From the NCBI RefSeq assembly GCF_009834535.1, contig NC_045697.1, forward strand, positions 103,976,001-104,040,000: a DNA stretch of 64,000 nt, given 5' to 3'. The stretch comes from Camelus ferus (taxonomy: Eukaryota). Numbering within the stretch: the first letter of the stretch is position 1; each line of letters opens with the position of its first letter. Position numbers and translations under genes: made by a program. The notes under the pieces were generated by a model. It worked only from the letters and a program-made list of their open reading frames with translations. It ran no database searches and was not told where the DNA came from. Below are positions 40,241-53,439 of this stretch, one piece after another.

Positions 40241-42859
40241 ATTTGTTTCTTTACACTATGAATATTTTCATCCAGACTTTAATTCAAAATGCAATATTTT
40301 AAAATGTTAGACATGGCTTTTACTAACTATAAAGTAATATGTAAGGAAGGGCAACACATGGAAAGAATCCTGGACTAGCATTCTAGAGAACTAGATTATA
40401 GATCCATTTCATCTTTTGGATTATTGTACGACTGCCTTCCCCTGGTCCTGAGGACATTTGGAAATATAATGTGTGGACCAGGTAATTTCTTTGGTACCAC
40501 ACAACTCCATCATCTCCTGATTCTATAAAACTCAAAAAAATTCAAGAAAATTTTAACTCATTTTCAGAAGCTAGAAAGAGGCTGTCGGCATGGTACCAGA
40601 TTTAGGAGGACAGAGATAGCTGCAACTAAAGTGCACGAGGAAGGAATAATGACAGGTAGAGAACCAGACATGTACAGGAATCGGAGGCACAGAGAGCAGT
40701 GGGGGAAAAGTAGGGGTTGAAGAAATGCTGAGGGAAATTATGACATAGGGTTGAAAACAGGCGAATGAATTGAAAATCTGCAGATCAAATAGTTAACTAG
40801 GTTTAGCAACTTCAACAGTGCCAACCAGGGAGAAGTTAAATTGCAAGTGACATCAGATAGCTATAAACTCCTTTTTTAATAAATTCTAGCAGAAGGATCA
40901 AGTCATAAATCTGGCATTTATACAGCTGTTAGATATATAATAATAGTGATAATAATACTAAAATTATCTCTTGTGGAAGCCCTCAGAAACCAGTGTTTAT
41001 GGGGAAAAGCAACAAATAAAATGCTCATGAAAATCTGTATTGTATTTTTAAGGACTACAAAAATTCCTTACTTATTTAGAAGATGCTCTTACTGAGGAAT
41101 TGTGGTCAGTTCCAGAGGAATCTGATCAGTGATCTATTTCAAACCTCAGATAACAGACTAAAAAGACTTGAAGTGAAATCTTTTGCCAAAAGTCATAAGC
41201 TAATTAGTGCTCAATATGGTATTAGAGCCAGGTCACCAGACTCTTGAGTGACAGTCTCTCTCACATACACCAACCTGCCAGTAGGGTGACCGTTGATTCA
41301 GCCACATTTTTCACCAGAATCTTCTTTTTCTGCGTCATGTTTCTGAACTTATTATTATACACAAGTTTGTTTTGCGAAGATAGGATGATGTTAAAACCTG
41401 CTTGCTGACTTTTTGGCTAGTTTCATAACATTTTTTCACTGTTAGTGTTATTTAGCAAACAGAAGTTGCGATCAAAGTACAGTAGAACATGAGACTCACA
41501 AATGTGGCTTTTTCACATTGTTTAAAATGGGTGAATTTATGAATGGAAAATACAAGCAAAGGATAGGGTAAGAAAATGTGGCTCGACATTAAGCCAGAGG
41601 CCACAGATCAAGCCAGCACAAACCAAGGCTGAGAGACAAATTCATGCTCTTTATCATTTTCTTTTAAGAATCTTAATTCATAAAACCAGGGTGATAGTTT
41701 TGGCAGTCAAGAAAAACTTTATATGCCTTTTTGTAGAAAAAAGTGTGTGTTTACTGACTAGCTAGTTTCTGTACTCAGGACTTCCATCTTATTTATCTGA
41801 TATAACTTACATTTGGCTACAATAAGGATGTGCTTTAAAACTGTGTTACTGATATCACCAGTGAAGTGGTTAACCACATTGGCATTTAAATGGCTATTAT
41901 TACATTTCTAGGTTAACAGTTCTAGTAAGTTGAATAAAGAAAGCTTTTGCTTCGGTGTCACTGTCCCTCATCCGGGTCTGTGATCTCCACAAGGCAAGAT
42001 GAATTAGCCTTTCACTAAAAAAAATTAACTGATTGTGCAGATAACAGTTCTGGTGAGGAAAATAAATTATATTCTGGAGGAACCAGCAGAAATTCATAGA
42101 CCCTTAAGCCTTCTAGAGCCAACCGAATTCTGCTACTTCAGGCTGGAATAACTTTATTGAACTGTAATAAATTTGAATTTCTTCTAAATTCCTAAATTTG
42201 GGAGGAGAATCTGTTCTTATTTTACTACTGGAAAGGAAGGGAGGAATATGAAATCATTCCAACCATTTCTAAGCCAATTAGATTAGTATGAAGGTCCCTC
42301 TATTTGCTGTGTTCCCTCTGAAAGGTGCAAAGATGAGAGATGACTGCTGGTGAATCACTGTTCTATTTTATCTAGAGACCCGAGTGCTCTCAGTGCTCTA
42401 TTCCCTTAGGGGGTCATGTACCTCTGCTTAAAAGAATATTGCCTGCTCTGTGAGCTAATGATTTGTTTGGAGGATGTAAGTCTCAGAGGTGAAGATAACT
42501 GCACCGCTTTTATAATGTATCTTTCAAATCTTTGATCTGCTTTTCTCTGAATACATGGGACCCCTCAATAGCAAGATTAAAGATGCCTCTTCAGAGAAGA
42601 AAGGCAAAATTTGAAAACCTAAAAGCTCCTCAGATTTCTAAATAATATTTCCATATTTCTTCATTTTGTCAACATCATACTTAGTGCTGTCCTGCATCCG
42701 TGAGCTAATTGGGTGGTAATCAAAATACAGTGTTTGGATTATTAGGGTTTTTTTTTTTTTTCATATTTTTCAAGGAGACAGGGAACAACAAATCTTGTTT
42801 TAAAATTGGTTAGTGCACACTAGTTTATGGCTAGGACATACATACTCATTTTGAATTCT

Positions 42860-43330
42860 ATTTAATTCGACAAATATTTACTTGGTAGGTGTCAGACACT
42901 GTGCCTTCTTTTGTAGGGAATACCAAGAATCAGGACCTGTTTTCAAGAGACTCATTCTCTGATCAGGCAGAGAAGGCAATTACAGAAATGGCTATGATAG
43001 GATGCGGAAGATAACAAATGGAAAAAGCTTAAGAGAGAAACGAACGACATTCAGTGTGGGAACAGACAGACAATATTCAATTGAGAGGGCAATCAAGAAA
43101 GACATCAGCATTTGAGAAGGAACTTGCAAGGTGGGTGAGATTTCCCTGGATGGAGCTGGAGCTGGAAATAAGGTGACAGTAGGGTATGTTATATGGGGTG
43201 TGTGTGTGTGTGTGTGTGTGCAGTCGGGGGAGGGAGATGGTCAAAAAAGTTTGAGCTTGTATTTAACTTGTAGACCGTAGCGAGTCCATGAAGATTTTTA
43301 AGCAGAGCAAAGATAGAAAAGTAAGAGTTG
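42860..43330 (-). mobile_element. L2 3' fragment containing a (TG)n tract at ~43198-43220
   Basis: attcgacaaatatttacttgg…cagacactgtg and gagtccatgaagatttttaagcag. Confidence 0.6.
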
Positions 43331-43621
43331 TGATTTCAGAAATATTTTTGAAGCCTTGTAAAATTTTACAGGTTTTATTTCCAAATAGAATACCTACCAC
43401 TAAAAATGCTGACTATACCAGTAGTATGAGAATTAACTTCCCATTTATCTTTGAATCTGAAAGATTATTATTTTTCACTTCTATAATGATGTAGCCCATC
43501 CATGTACAGATTTCTAATCTTGGTCAAATCAGTCAGCAAGGGGGTGTACTGTTACAGCATTCTGGAGAATTTAATCTTCTCCACTGTACATATAGCTGAG
43601 GTTTTATTTATTGTCTGAATA

Positions 43622-43904
43622 TTTTTAAATTAAGGTATCATTGGTTTATAACATTATGTAAGGTACATGTGTACAACATTACATTTCTACTTCTGTATAC
43701 ATGACAGCTTACTCACCACGAAAAATTTGGTTTCCATCTGTCACCATAGAGTTGACCCCTTAATCCATTTTGCCCTTCCCCTAGTCCCCACTCGTCCCCT
43801 CTCATACCCACTGCTCTACTCTCTGTATCTATGTGTTTGTTTTTGTTTGGTTTGGTTTGGTTTGGTTTGTTCACTTATTTTGGGTTTTTTGTTTGTTTTT
43901 TATG
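43622..43904 (-). mobile_element. Short L1 3'-end insertion
   Basis: cattggtttataacattatg…ctctgtatctatgtgttt. TSD tgtctgaata at 43612-43621 and 43905-43914. Confidence 0.8.
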
Positions 43905-44709
43905 TGTCTGAATAATATTTTAAAGTGCATTTTTTGGTCCTGCTCCTAAACCTTTTAAAACACAACATGCCCTTACTAAAAAAAAAAAAAAAAAAATGGG
44001 GAGATAAAATGTAAAAAGAATAGAAAATTGAACAGCTTTATAGAGTAAAGGAATGCTAAAGAGATTTTTAAAAAGCCAAACACAGGATTGCAGTAAACAG
44101 ACACATGGCTCTGATCAGAAACTACTTTTGAGGAGTATTTTCTCATGATTATCATTGTGATGGCTAGCGTGTAGCCCAGATAAATCTGGAAATGTGAGTA
44201 GCTCAACTTACTCTACCGAACTGTTCATCCAAACAAATCATCTAGTAGATGGTTCACACTTCCTCTGCTTTATCTCCTGGGAGGAAAGAGTGAGAGCCTA
44301 AAGGGAAGATAACTCAAAATGACACAACAAATGCCCAAATATATGACAAGACAACATCCTGAGCAAGCAAAGTATTATCTGAAAGTAGTTAGTTAGTAGT
44401 GAACTATAAATATTTTTGGGGCACTTGAGCGCATTGAAATTCAATAAGCCATCTCTTTCTGAGGACTTCATCTTGGTTCCTCTTACTGTGCATCTGTCAG
44501 GAATGAGACTTTTTCTTATTTTCTAGCTAGAGGACAGACAGTGGTAAAGGAGAGTTCTACTGATGTAAAAGAATCAATAAAATTTCTTTATGTCAAATTT
44601 ACTATTATTTGCTATTTATTCTATGGAGGAAATAAACACTAAAGCAGATTATTATTTCTTCTAAATGACCTGAGGTAGAGGGGAAGAGTTCCAAATAAGA
44701 GATGCACTA

Positions 44710-45262
44710 AGACCCAGCAATTCCACTCCTGGGTACATATCCATAAAAAACAAAAACACTGATTGAAAAGATACATGTGCCCCAATGTTCATAGCAGCAT
44801 TTTTAACAATTGCCAAGACACAGAAGCAACCTAAATATCCATCTACAGATGAATGTATGTGTGCATATATACTGGAATATTATTACTCAGCCATAAAAAG
44901 AATGAAATTTTGCCATTTGCAGCAACATGGATGGATTTGGAGGGCATTATGCTAAGTGAAATAAGTCAGACAGAGAAAGGCAAATACTGTATGATGTCAC
45001 TTATATGTGGAGTCTAAAAAGTACAACAAACTAGTAAATATAACAAAAAAGAAGCAGACTCAACAGATACATAGAACAAACTAGTGATTACCATTGGGGA
45101 GGCTGGAGAGGGAGAATACATGGTAGGGTACAAACTGTTGGGTGCAAGATTGACTCTAGGATGTATTATGCAACATGGGGAATATAGCCAGTATTTTGTA
45201 ATAACTGTAAATGGAAAGTAACCTTTAAAAACTCTATGAAAATTAAAAATATTTTTAAAAAT
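44710..45262 (+). mobile_element. L1 3' end (ORF2 tail plus 3'UTR)
   Basis: gacccagcaattccactcctggg…ccatttgcagcaacatggatgg…gggaatatagcc. Confidence 0.9.
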
Positions 45263-46011
45263 ACAAATGAGATACCTCTTTACATTAAAGAGTTTTAACT
45301 TATGATTTCATTTGAGTTCCCAAACATTTAAAATAAAGTTTTGCTTTAAGAAGTTTGATTTGCAAGCAAATAATTATGTAGCCCAAAGGTCTTTCATGGG
45401 CACTACTGTTTAAAATTAAAAAGAAATCCTAAAGTTTTTAACTAAAGACTAGAGCCTAGTCAAGTGGAAACATAAACTGACCCTCACATCCCCTCTAGGT
45501 AATTATTTTTAACTGACTATTTTGACTAATTATCACAAGAAAACGACACAGGAAAAAAGTGGAATTAAGAGAAATTACTATCAAACATTTTCTCAATTAA
45601 TATTCACACTTGAATTGAGAAAAATAGGAAAACTTAACTACCGTCAGAAAAGTAAGAGAATAATACTAATTAGCATCTATGAACATTTGCTCTTGTCAGT
45701 AAGGTATAGCAATAAACAGTTTTAAAAACAAGCTTACTTCACATTCCTTAAGCTGAACAGTACCTACTGCTGACTTTTTAAGATAACTGAAAAAATGGTG
45801 ATTTATGAAGTTGAATAAGTCATTATCACTATTGTATGATTTCCTTAGACACTGAAGGTACAACATAGCACGAAGGTGCATCCAACATTCACATAGTAAT
45901 GGATAAATAAAAATAAAATTGCCAATAAAATTAAAATCGCCAATGGTTGAGTAAACCTTTCCAATGAAAATGACTCAGCCATGAAGAATGATACAAAAAC
46001 CAATGACTCAC

Positions 46012-46240
46012 CAATAATTGGATCAGGTGCAATGTCACTTCTCCTCTCCTTCCATGACAGCAGGCAGTCAAGGCTGGTGAGATCTGCAGTTTCTATGTAA
46101 TTACTAACCGTCAGCATCATCTGATGAGCTTTTGCTATTCCATAATGAACTTTTGTTTCATCCGTCAGAAGCGTGTTCACCATCTCTGCTGTCATGTCAA
46201 AAGCTTGCTGAAAGTATTCAGAAGCTTTGTTGTAGTAGCC
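46012..46240 (-). CDS. TTC29: TTC29 internal coding exon, 229 bp (about human exon 11): GYYNKASEYFQQAFDMTAEMVNTLLTDETKVHYGIAKAHQMMLTVSNYIETADLTSLDCLLSWKERRSDIAPDPII
   Basis: Joins in frame to the upstream exon (…YNEK|GYYNKAS…). Acceptor cttacacttttag| at 46242-46241 and donor |gtgagt at 46011. DETKVHYGIAKAHQMM matches TTC29 as recalled. Confidence 0.95.
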
Positions 46241-46919
46241 CTAAAAGTGTAAGAGAAAGAATTTTCTTCTTAATTTTTATTTTACCATTCCACATATTTC
46301 CCACCTTGGCATGTGCTGCGCTCATCTTTCAACAATTTCAGCAGTTCATCTTCAAGAAGAAAGAGATGAAGAGCAGGGCCTCTATTGGAATGAGTTCCTT
46401 TTTAAAAGTTATGTTTGCTAACCATGCAATATCTTAAGGTTAATTGGCTATGAAAAGTGTATCTACAAGATTGGACTGTAGGAAACCAGAGTTTTTTGGA
46501 TTAAAAATGGTCAAATGTTAGCATTTTCGTATGGTTCAGCCTAATATATGGAAGCAAAAAGGAGTCTGGGAAAGGGAGAACTAAGTCACATTGATTTGGA
46601 TGGAATTTTCTTACTTGTAGCATTGGATTTACCAGATGAATTATTTTAAACCAGCTCTTGTTTTCAGTCACAGCAAGAGATCATTCTCAGCCAACCCATT
46701 TAATGAACGGGGAGTGAAAATAGATGGAGGTATTTGCTGTTCGGTTTTTACTTGTGTTTTCCCATGTGCGTGTGTCATTCTTGACTGAGAATGTGAAGGT
46801 TCCCAAGCTTTTGAAAACATATGATCTTGACAACAACACTAGCATAACTTAAAGGATCAATTAAATGTCTATCTTTTCTCCAAGTCCTTTGCAACATTTT
46901 AAGGTGAAAAAATTCAAGG

Positions 46920-47000
46920 TCTTTCTTTCTTTCCTTCTTTCTTCCCTCCCTCCCTCCCTTCCTTCTTTCTTTTCTCCCTCCCTCCCTCCGTTCCTTCCTT
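46920..47000 (+). repeat. Low-complexity (TTCC/TCCC/TTTC) pyrimidine tract
   Basis: Directly visible. Confidence 0.85.
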
Positions 47001-49669
47001 GTCATCCACATCTCTCCTTCTAAAAGGTACAAATAACTAACAGTTACCTAACTCTTACGAAGTGTCAAGGCCAGTGTTAAGTACTTCATATGTATTATGT
47101 CATTAGCTTTCATAAGTCACCCGATCAAGAAATATTTTTCTTATTTTACAAATAATGAAATAGAGCCTCAGAGAAGAGACTACTTTCTGCAACCCCCCAA
47201 GTCTTCTAAAATTTCTCCTTAAAAACTCTTCCTCAAAGACGGATATTATTTTTAGTATTAAGCTACACTTTTAAAGACTCTGGGGAACAAAAATTTCCTT
47301 TCTTCACTGATTTATAACCCTGAGGGTCCTTCATCTCCCCTCCCTCTACCTCCTTTTCTCTCTCTCATACACACAAAAACATGCACGCACACTCTTGTGA
47401 AAAGAAATGTTTTACTATGAGCTTCTGAGTCATTTTTCTTATGACATTTTATGAAGGAACTTGAAATAAAAAGCTCCATAGAAACAGCTTCATATCATAC
47501 ACCAGTACGGATAAAATGCATACTCAACACCTAAGCACCTCTGTACAGTCATGGAATCCAAAGAGCAGAAAAACTGACTGAATAGGGAGATTGCTGGCAA
47601 GGTGAGGAGGGGGGAAAGTAGGGCATCTGTGACAGTTACGTCACCTGAGCAGCAAACCTAACAGTTGTACGCTCACAAGGACAGCTTGGGTGAACCGTTT
47701 ATTCAAGTGGTTCATTCCAGTTAAATTTGCTGATTTAAACAGAGTCCCTCCATATTACATCAATAGTAATTTTTGTTTGTTGAGGCAAACAATTCTTCCT
47801 CTTATTTCAAAGTATGAAACATAGAGTGTATATGAGGGTAAGATTACTTAATTAGAAAAAATTAAAACTATCAAAGTTCTGTATGTCAATTAAATAAGTT
47901 ATACGACAGAGAAACAATATAAATATTAAAGATGACAATAAAACTAGTTAAAATTATAGATGGTCCTGCTAGACATCAAAGGTATAGGACAAAAATAGAT
48001 GAAAATATATAACTAGGCCAAATGTTTCTATTTTTAAAAACAAAGTACAAATATCTAATTTTATTATTTTAGTTGTAATTTTGAGCTTCAGGCTATTTAT
48101 TGTTTTAGGTGAGAGCCCCAACTGGGAAAATTAGGGGCCATAAATAAATGGTCATATATTTGAATTTCCAGAATTATTTTTATATATTATTATGTTGGAA
48201 CAAACTCATTCACTCATCCATTCGTTCACTGAGCAACTCCTGTGTACCAGGCCCACGCCAGGTAGCAGGGATTCAGCAGTGAACAGAATTTATGGTCAAG
48301 GAGCTAGCTTGCTGCTAGTAGAAGTATTCATATGCCTAAAATTTTTATTAGATCTTATTTAACAAATGCTTTTTTCCCCTAAAATAGAAGCATTATAGTT
48401 AGGTAATTATTCTTCCACAAATTGTGCCTATTGTTCAATCTTTAGACACATATATACCTACCATGAAACTGGTATGGATCTAGATTTCTCTAGTTTAAAA
48501 TGCTCTTAAGGAAATATAACATTAATTCTTTTCAGATGCAAGAATTTTTATACGTACTTTTTTAGAGTGTGGTTTCATTACTGTGCATTGTATTTCCAGA
48601 TTTTTCATTCATAAAGAATTTAATATCTAATTTTTTTAATATCTAAATTTAATCTCCTCTCAAAGGTTCTGTCTGACATTCCACAGTCCTTTTCTGTTAT
48701 CAGTTAATCCCTATTCTGTTATAGAATTCAGAAGATTTCAGAAATTAATCCTGGCGATCTTAAATAAGAGTTCAAGGATATATAAGTGAATTTATGCACT
48801 TCACAAATGCATCTTATTGGAAGAGATGATGCCTTTAATGTAGTAAGTATCACTAATAAGCATGTGGTGGACAATTTCAGGACAGGATATTATGACATCA
48901 TAGACCTTGAATCAAAACTTGCATTATTACACTATAACATAGAATTTCACGCATTATTTTGATTCTTACCAGATCCTTCTTAGTGTCTAAAATGTCACTC
49001 TGTCCAATAAGCAAGCTCAGAATAAGTGGGGATTTCCCCCAGTACTAAGGAAGGATCATTTCTCACACATTTTCCTTTCTATTTTAGTATTGGAATTACC
49101 ATTGTTTTAATTATGTGATTCTCTGATCTTATTAGACAATTAAAAAAACTCATAAAGGATCTATACCTAGTTATTTTCCCTAAAGTATCCTCATTTGACC
49201 CTTTACATTAACAATATATTTTCAGTTAAAAACCCATCACATCAAGAGGGTGGGATGGGTGGCCCATCTTCCATGATTATATAGTAAAATGTAAACTAAT
49301 GAGGATATTTTTAAGGTGTATTAACTTTAGTTGTAACAACACTATAATAATTAAAGAAAACTATTTTCCCAAAACTATTTCATATGATATCTGTGGTCTT
49401 ATAGTAGTATTATTTCTTGGAAATTATGGTTAAGAATACAATTAGAATACATTGCACTGATAATATGAAGCCAGAAAAGGTATGATGAGGGCAGTTGGCA
49501 GAGAGCCTCAAAAGGTAGACTGACAAGTATCAGCAACATTAGATTTACTTTTAAAGATTTAGTCAAGTTTTCAAATGCCAAAATATTAGGGGAAAAAAAA
49601 TACCCAGAGGTTTGGAATTTCAAAAGTGAGAGAATACTAACTCTCAAGTGGTATAAAATTGGTTACAAA

Positions 49670-50800
49670 TGTATTGATTGAATGAATTCGCTTATTTTTG
49701 TTCACCAACTCTGTGCTAGGTTCTCATCAAAGAATTGGAATGAAAAAAAAAAAAAAAAGACAGATCTGGTCCCTGTTCTCATTAAGCTTCTTTCTATTCT
49801 AGACACATTCAGCAATAACAAGAAGAAAAATATCAGTAAGAAAACTGTAAGTGCTACATGAAGAACTGAAGTAATGTTAAACAGTGACCTGGTGGCTACT
49901 TTTGATTGCGTTGCCTCAAGGAAGCTTTCTCTAAAGATGTGGCATTTAGCTGAGTTCTGAATGACAAGAAGCCAGCAATATGAAGTTCAGACTAGGGAGC
50001 AGTCCACGCAAAGCATTCCAGCTAAAGCGAATGTTCTCAGGCAGAAAGAAGCTCAGCATGTTTGAAGAACTCCATGAAAGTCCATTTGGCTGTGGTGGAG
50101 ACAATAAGGAGGAGCGAGGGAGGCTATAAAGTCAGGGATTGGGGATGGGTGGTTAATGCATCTCATGCAGACTGCTTCAAGTCAAGGTGAGGATGCATAT
50201 TTATGTTCTGAGAAGAATAGGAAGCAATGGAAGTATTTTAAGCAGAGAAACAATATGATTTTATTTATATTTTGAGATAATTACTTGGGCCTCTGGGTGG
50301 GGGCTGGATTTGATGGAGGAGAAATGAGGAAATGAGTTCAGAGCTTACTGTAACAGTACAGGTGAGAAAACACTGTGTTATAAACTGATGTGGTGATAGT
50401 AGCAGAGATAGAAGTGGGTGGATCTGAGATGTGTTTTGGGGGCATAAAGATCAGGGTTTACTTCCGGATTGGATGTGGAAGGTGGGGGAAGAAGAATCAA
50501 AGAATATTCAGATTTTTGGCGTGAGCAGTTGGGTTGATGGATAATGGTACCATGCATTAAGATGCGGAAGACTGGGGAGAAGTAGGTCAAGGGAGAGAGG
50601 AATCACATTTAGTTTGAGATGTATATTAGAAGACATCCATGTAGAGATGCTAAGTAGGCAGTTGGCTTTACAAGTCTGCAGTGCCGAGGAGAGATTAAGG
50701 TTGGAGACACAAATCTGGGAGCAACAGCATATGGCTGGTAATTGGGAGTGGCAATGGGAGTGGCTGAAATCATCGAAATCAATGATAAGGCAAAGAAAAG
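49670..50800 (-). mobile_element. L2 LINE fragment (~1.1 kb)
   Basis: ggtccctgttctcattaagctt, ggattggatgtggaagg, tttgagatgtatattagaagacatcca…aggcagttgg. Confidence 0.75.
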
Positions 50801-50959
50801 ACTGTAGTGATTAAGAGTACGCATTTGAATATCACAGCCACCCGGAAGCTTGGAGACCTGGTTGGGGGGGGAGTTAGTTAAACTCACTGAGCCTGGGAAA
50901 AGGGAAGTCAATGGAATGATACCACTTAAGGGTGTGAAGCATAATAGTGGCTCTACCAC

Positions 50960-51170
50960 TGATAAAGATGGTGCTTACTTCCTCTGCCAGGCACTGTTCT
51001 AAGTGCCTTACATTTATTAAGACAACACACAAAACAACCTTATAAGGTGAGAAAACTGAAACACCTAGAAGGTAAGTAGCTTGTCCCAGGTCACAGATCT
51101 TACAAGTGAAAGAGCTGGGCTTTTAAGCCAGTCTGGTCTCAGAGTTAGCGCTTTTAATCACTACATGCAG
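50960..51170 (-). mobile_element. MIR SINE
   Basis: ccaggcactgttctaagtgc…gagaaaactgaa…ttgtcccaggtcacag…cttttaatcactac. Confidence 0.8.
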
Positions 51171-51915
51171 AGCCTCAGAAAGATTAAGACAAGGTGTATC
51201 AGAACAGTTTGAGAATGTCACTACCTTCAAAAATGACAGATCTCATTCATGATCAAAACAGCAATTGTAATAGAGAAACGAGCCTCTTTCATACTGTTTC
51301 GAAAGGAGAATCTAGGTAATAAAAGATAAAGTCAGGAGAAGATAAACCAAAAGTCCATCTTGACCAATGCATTTCGCTAGCAATGGACTCTTGAATGAGA
51401 TACTTTTATTTTAGACTTTTTTCTCTCTTCTTTCACATAACCAATCTGTTGCTAGAATTCCTTATTTCCTTCAGAATTACTCTCGGGACTGTCCTTTCTT
51501 CTCCTGAGGGACCAAGCAGGGGCATCACAGCTGGATTAAAAAAAGCAAGAATTTGGAGCAAGGGAGGTGAATGTTAGTGTCAGCAGTAAGAGCCAATTGT
51601 TATAATGAAGTTCCTTTGAATTGACATATTTTAATTGCTTTTCAAATCCAAAATCACTTAGACTCTGCACTGGCTGTGAAGATACGAATTAGCGTTAGCA
51701 GCCTGCAGTGACTGGACCAAGATGGCGACCAGGTCCCGGAAGAGGAGGAAGTAAGAGGCATCTCTCTTCCCAGTCACTGCCTTGTGCATTGACTAAGTCC
51801 TGCACTCCTGGGGCCATTCCACACAACTTATTATGGGAAGGTAAAGAGCACATGAAAGTAGAATTTTAAAGTTTTGCAAATTTCTCCCTATGAGCAAGGA
51901 ACACATACTACTCAC

Positions 51916-52039
51916 TTTTTCATTGTAGATATCCCCAAGCATTGTACTTGCTCTCACAAAATCTAGGCTTTGAAAATTGTTTCTTGCAATTTTCACAACT
52001 TTTTTCAAGTATTTAATTGCTTCCGTCATCTGTCCTTGG
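51916..52039 (-). CDS. TTC29: TTC29 internal coding exon, 124 bp (about human exon 10): (S)QGQMTEAIKYLKKVVKIARNNFQSLDFVRASTMLGDIYNEK
   Basis: The translation matches the TTC29 C-terminal TPR region as I recall it (QGEMTEAIKYLKKVVKIARNNFQSLDLVRASTMLGDIYNEK). Acceptor ttctag| at 52041-52040 follows a pyrimidine tract. Donor |gtgagt begins at 51915, phase 0. Confidence 0.95.
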
Positions 52040-52234
52040 CTAGAAGAAATAAAACAAGAAACTATTGGAATATCATTCCATTTAATGTACAGTAAAGAGA
52101 AGATTTTTTTGTGTGTCTTTGCTTTAGAAACTGCAAGATGGTTATCAGGATAATGAAATGTAAAGTGTACATTTTAAAAATAAGTGGCTTGTCTTTGTTG
52201 GAGTATACAGTGAGTTAGAACTTAAACTTTTAAA

Positions 52235-53030
52235 TGCCCATGCATTGTTGGTAGGATTGTAAAATGGTGCAGCTGCTTGGAAAAATAACTTGGCAGTTCC
52301 TCAAAAAGTATAGTATATAGTTACCATATGACCCAAGAATTCCACTCCTGTGCATATACCCAAGAGAAACAAAAACACATGTTCACACAAAAACTTGTAC
52401 ATAAATGCTCATAACATTATACATAATGGCCAAGAAGTGGGAACCACCCAAATGTCTATCAATTGAATGGATAAGTAAAATATGCTATATTCATACAATG
52501 GAATATTATTGAGCCATAAAAAGGAATAAAGTAGTGAAACATGCTACAGCATGGATAAACCTTGAAAACATGCTAAGTGAAAGAAGCCAGTTACACAAAA
52601 ACACACATATTGTATGGTTCCATTTACATGAAATGCCCAGAACAGGCAAATCCACAGAAACAGAAGGTAGTTTAATGGCTACCAGAGGCTGGGAAGAGGG
52701 GAGGCAATTGGGAGTGGCTGCTAACGGTTAGGGGTTTCTTTCTGAGGTGAAGAAAATGATCTGAAATTAAACAGTGGCTGTGGTAAGGGATAGCTCAGTG
52801 GTAGAGTGCCTGCTTGGCATGCACAAGGTCCTGGGTTCAATACCCAGTACCTCCACCAAGAAATAAATAAAATAAATAAATTTAATACTTCCCCCCCTAA
52901 ACAAAAACAAAAACAGTGGTGATGGTTGTAAAACTCTATGAATATACTAAGAACTACTGAAATGTAGATGTTAAAGGGGTAAATGTATGATATATGAATT
53001 ATAACTCAGTAAAGTTATTTAAAAAAAAAA
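52235..53030 (+). mobile_element. L1MB-like 3' end with a nested SINE
   Basis: ttggcagttcctcaaaaag…ccatatgacccaag…aaacatgctaagtgaaagaagccag…atatgaattata. Confidence 0.85.
52780..52910 (+). mobile_element. tRNA-Ala-derived SINE (camelid Vic-1-like) inserted in L1
   Basis: gggatagctcagtggtagagtgcctgcttggcatgcacaaggtcctgggttcaatacccagtacctcc plus (aaat)n tail. TSD aaacagtgg at 52769-52777 and 52911-52919. Confidence 0.85.
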
Positions 53031-53439
53031 CTCTAAAAAGGTTGAAAATTTCCACATTCCTTTGCAAATGAAACCAGTTCCTTGAGGGGAGGCCTATGTG
53101 ATTCATAAAATACCTGCAGGAAATATTAGAACAGATATGATAAAAACAGAGGATTCTGAAATCTAACTAGAATTCAAGGCAGGAGAGAGAGTCAGAGTCT
53201 CGGCTCCTGGCACAAGCATCTGGCAAACAGCAAGAATTTATAAAAACAAGAAATAAGATTTTACTGTTTTATGCCACTAGGATTTTGGTGACTGTTAGAG
53301 TAACTCAAATGGCCAAAACTGACTAAGACAAATTTGACTATTTTTTTCTTTCGTAAAGAATATAATGGTCAAATCAATATGGGGTATACCTTAAATTTAT
53401 ACAGTGCTATATGTCAACTATACCTCAAGAAAACAAACA

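Larger units (their letters stand above)
1..46011 (-). other. TTC29: Part of a very large TTC29 intron (>46 kb) downstream of the 229-bp exon
   Basis: Donor at 46011. I found no sequence encoding the expected next TTC29 peptide before the window edge. Confidence 0.75.
46241..51915 (-). other. TTC29: TTC29 intron (GT-AG, 5675 bp) between the two visible exons
   Basis: Canonical GT and AG ends, with compatible phase on both exons. Confidence 0.9.

Noticed and set aside
51793..51915. Extension of the TTC29 ORF beyond YNEK (VSSMCSLL…)
   Set aside because: It lies past a canonical gtgagt donor, and TTC29 similarity resumes in the next exon.
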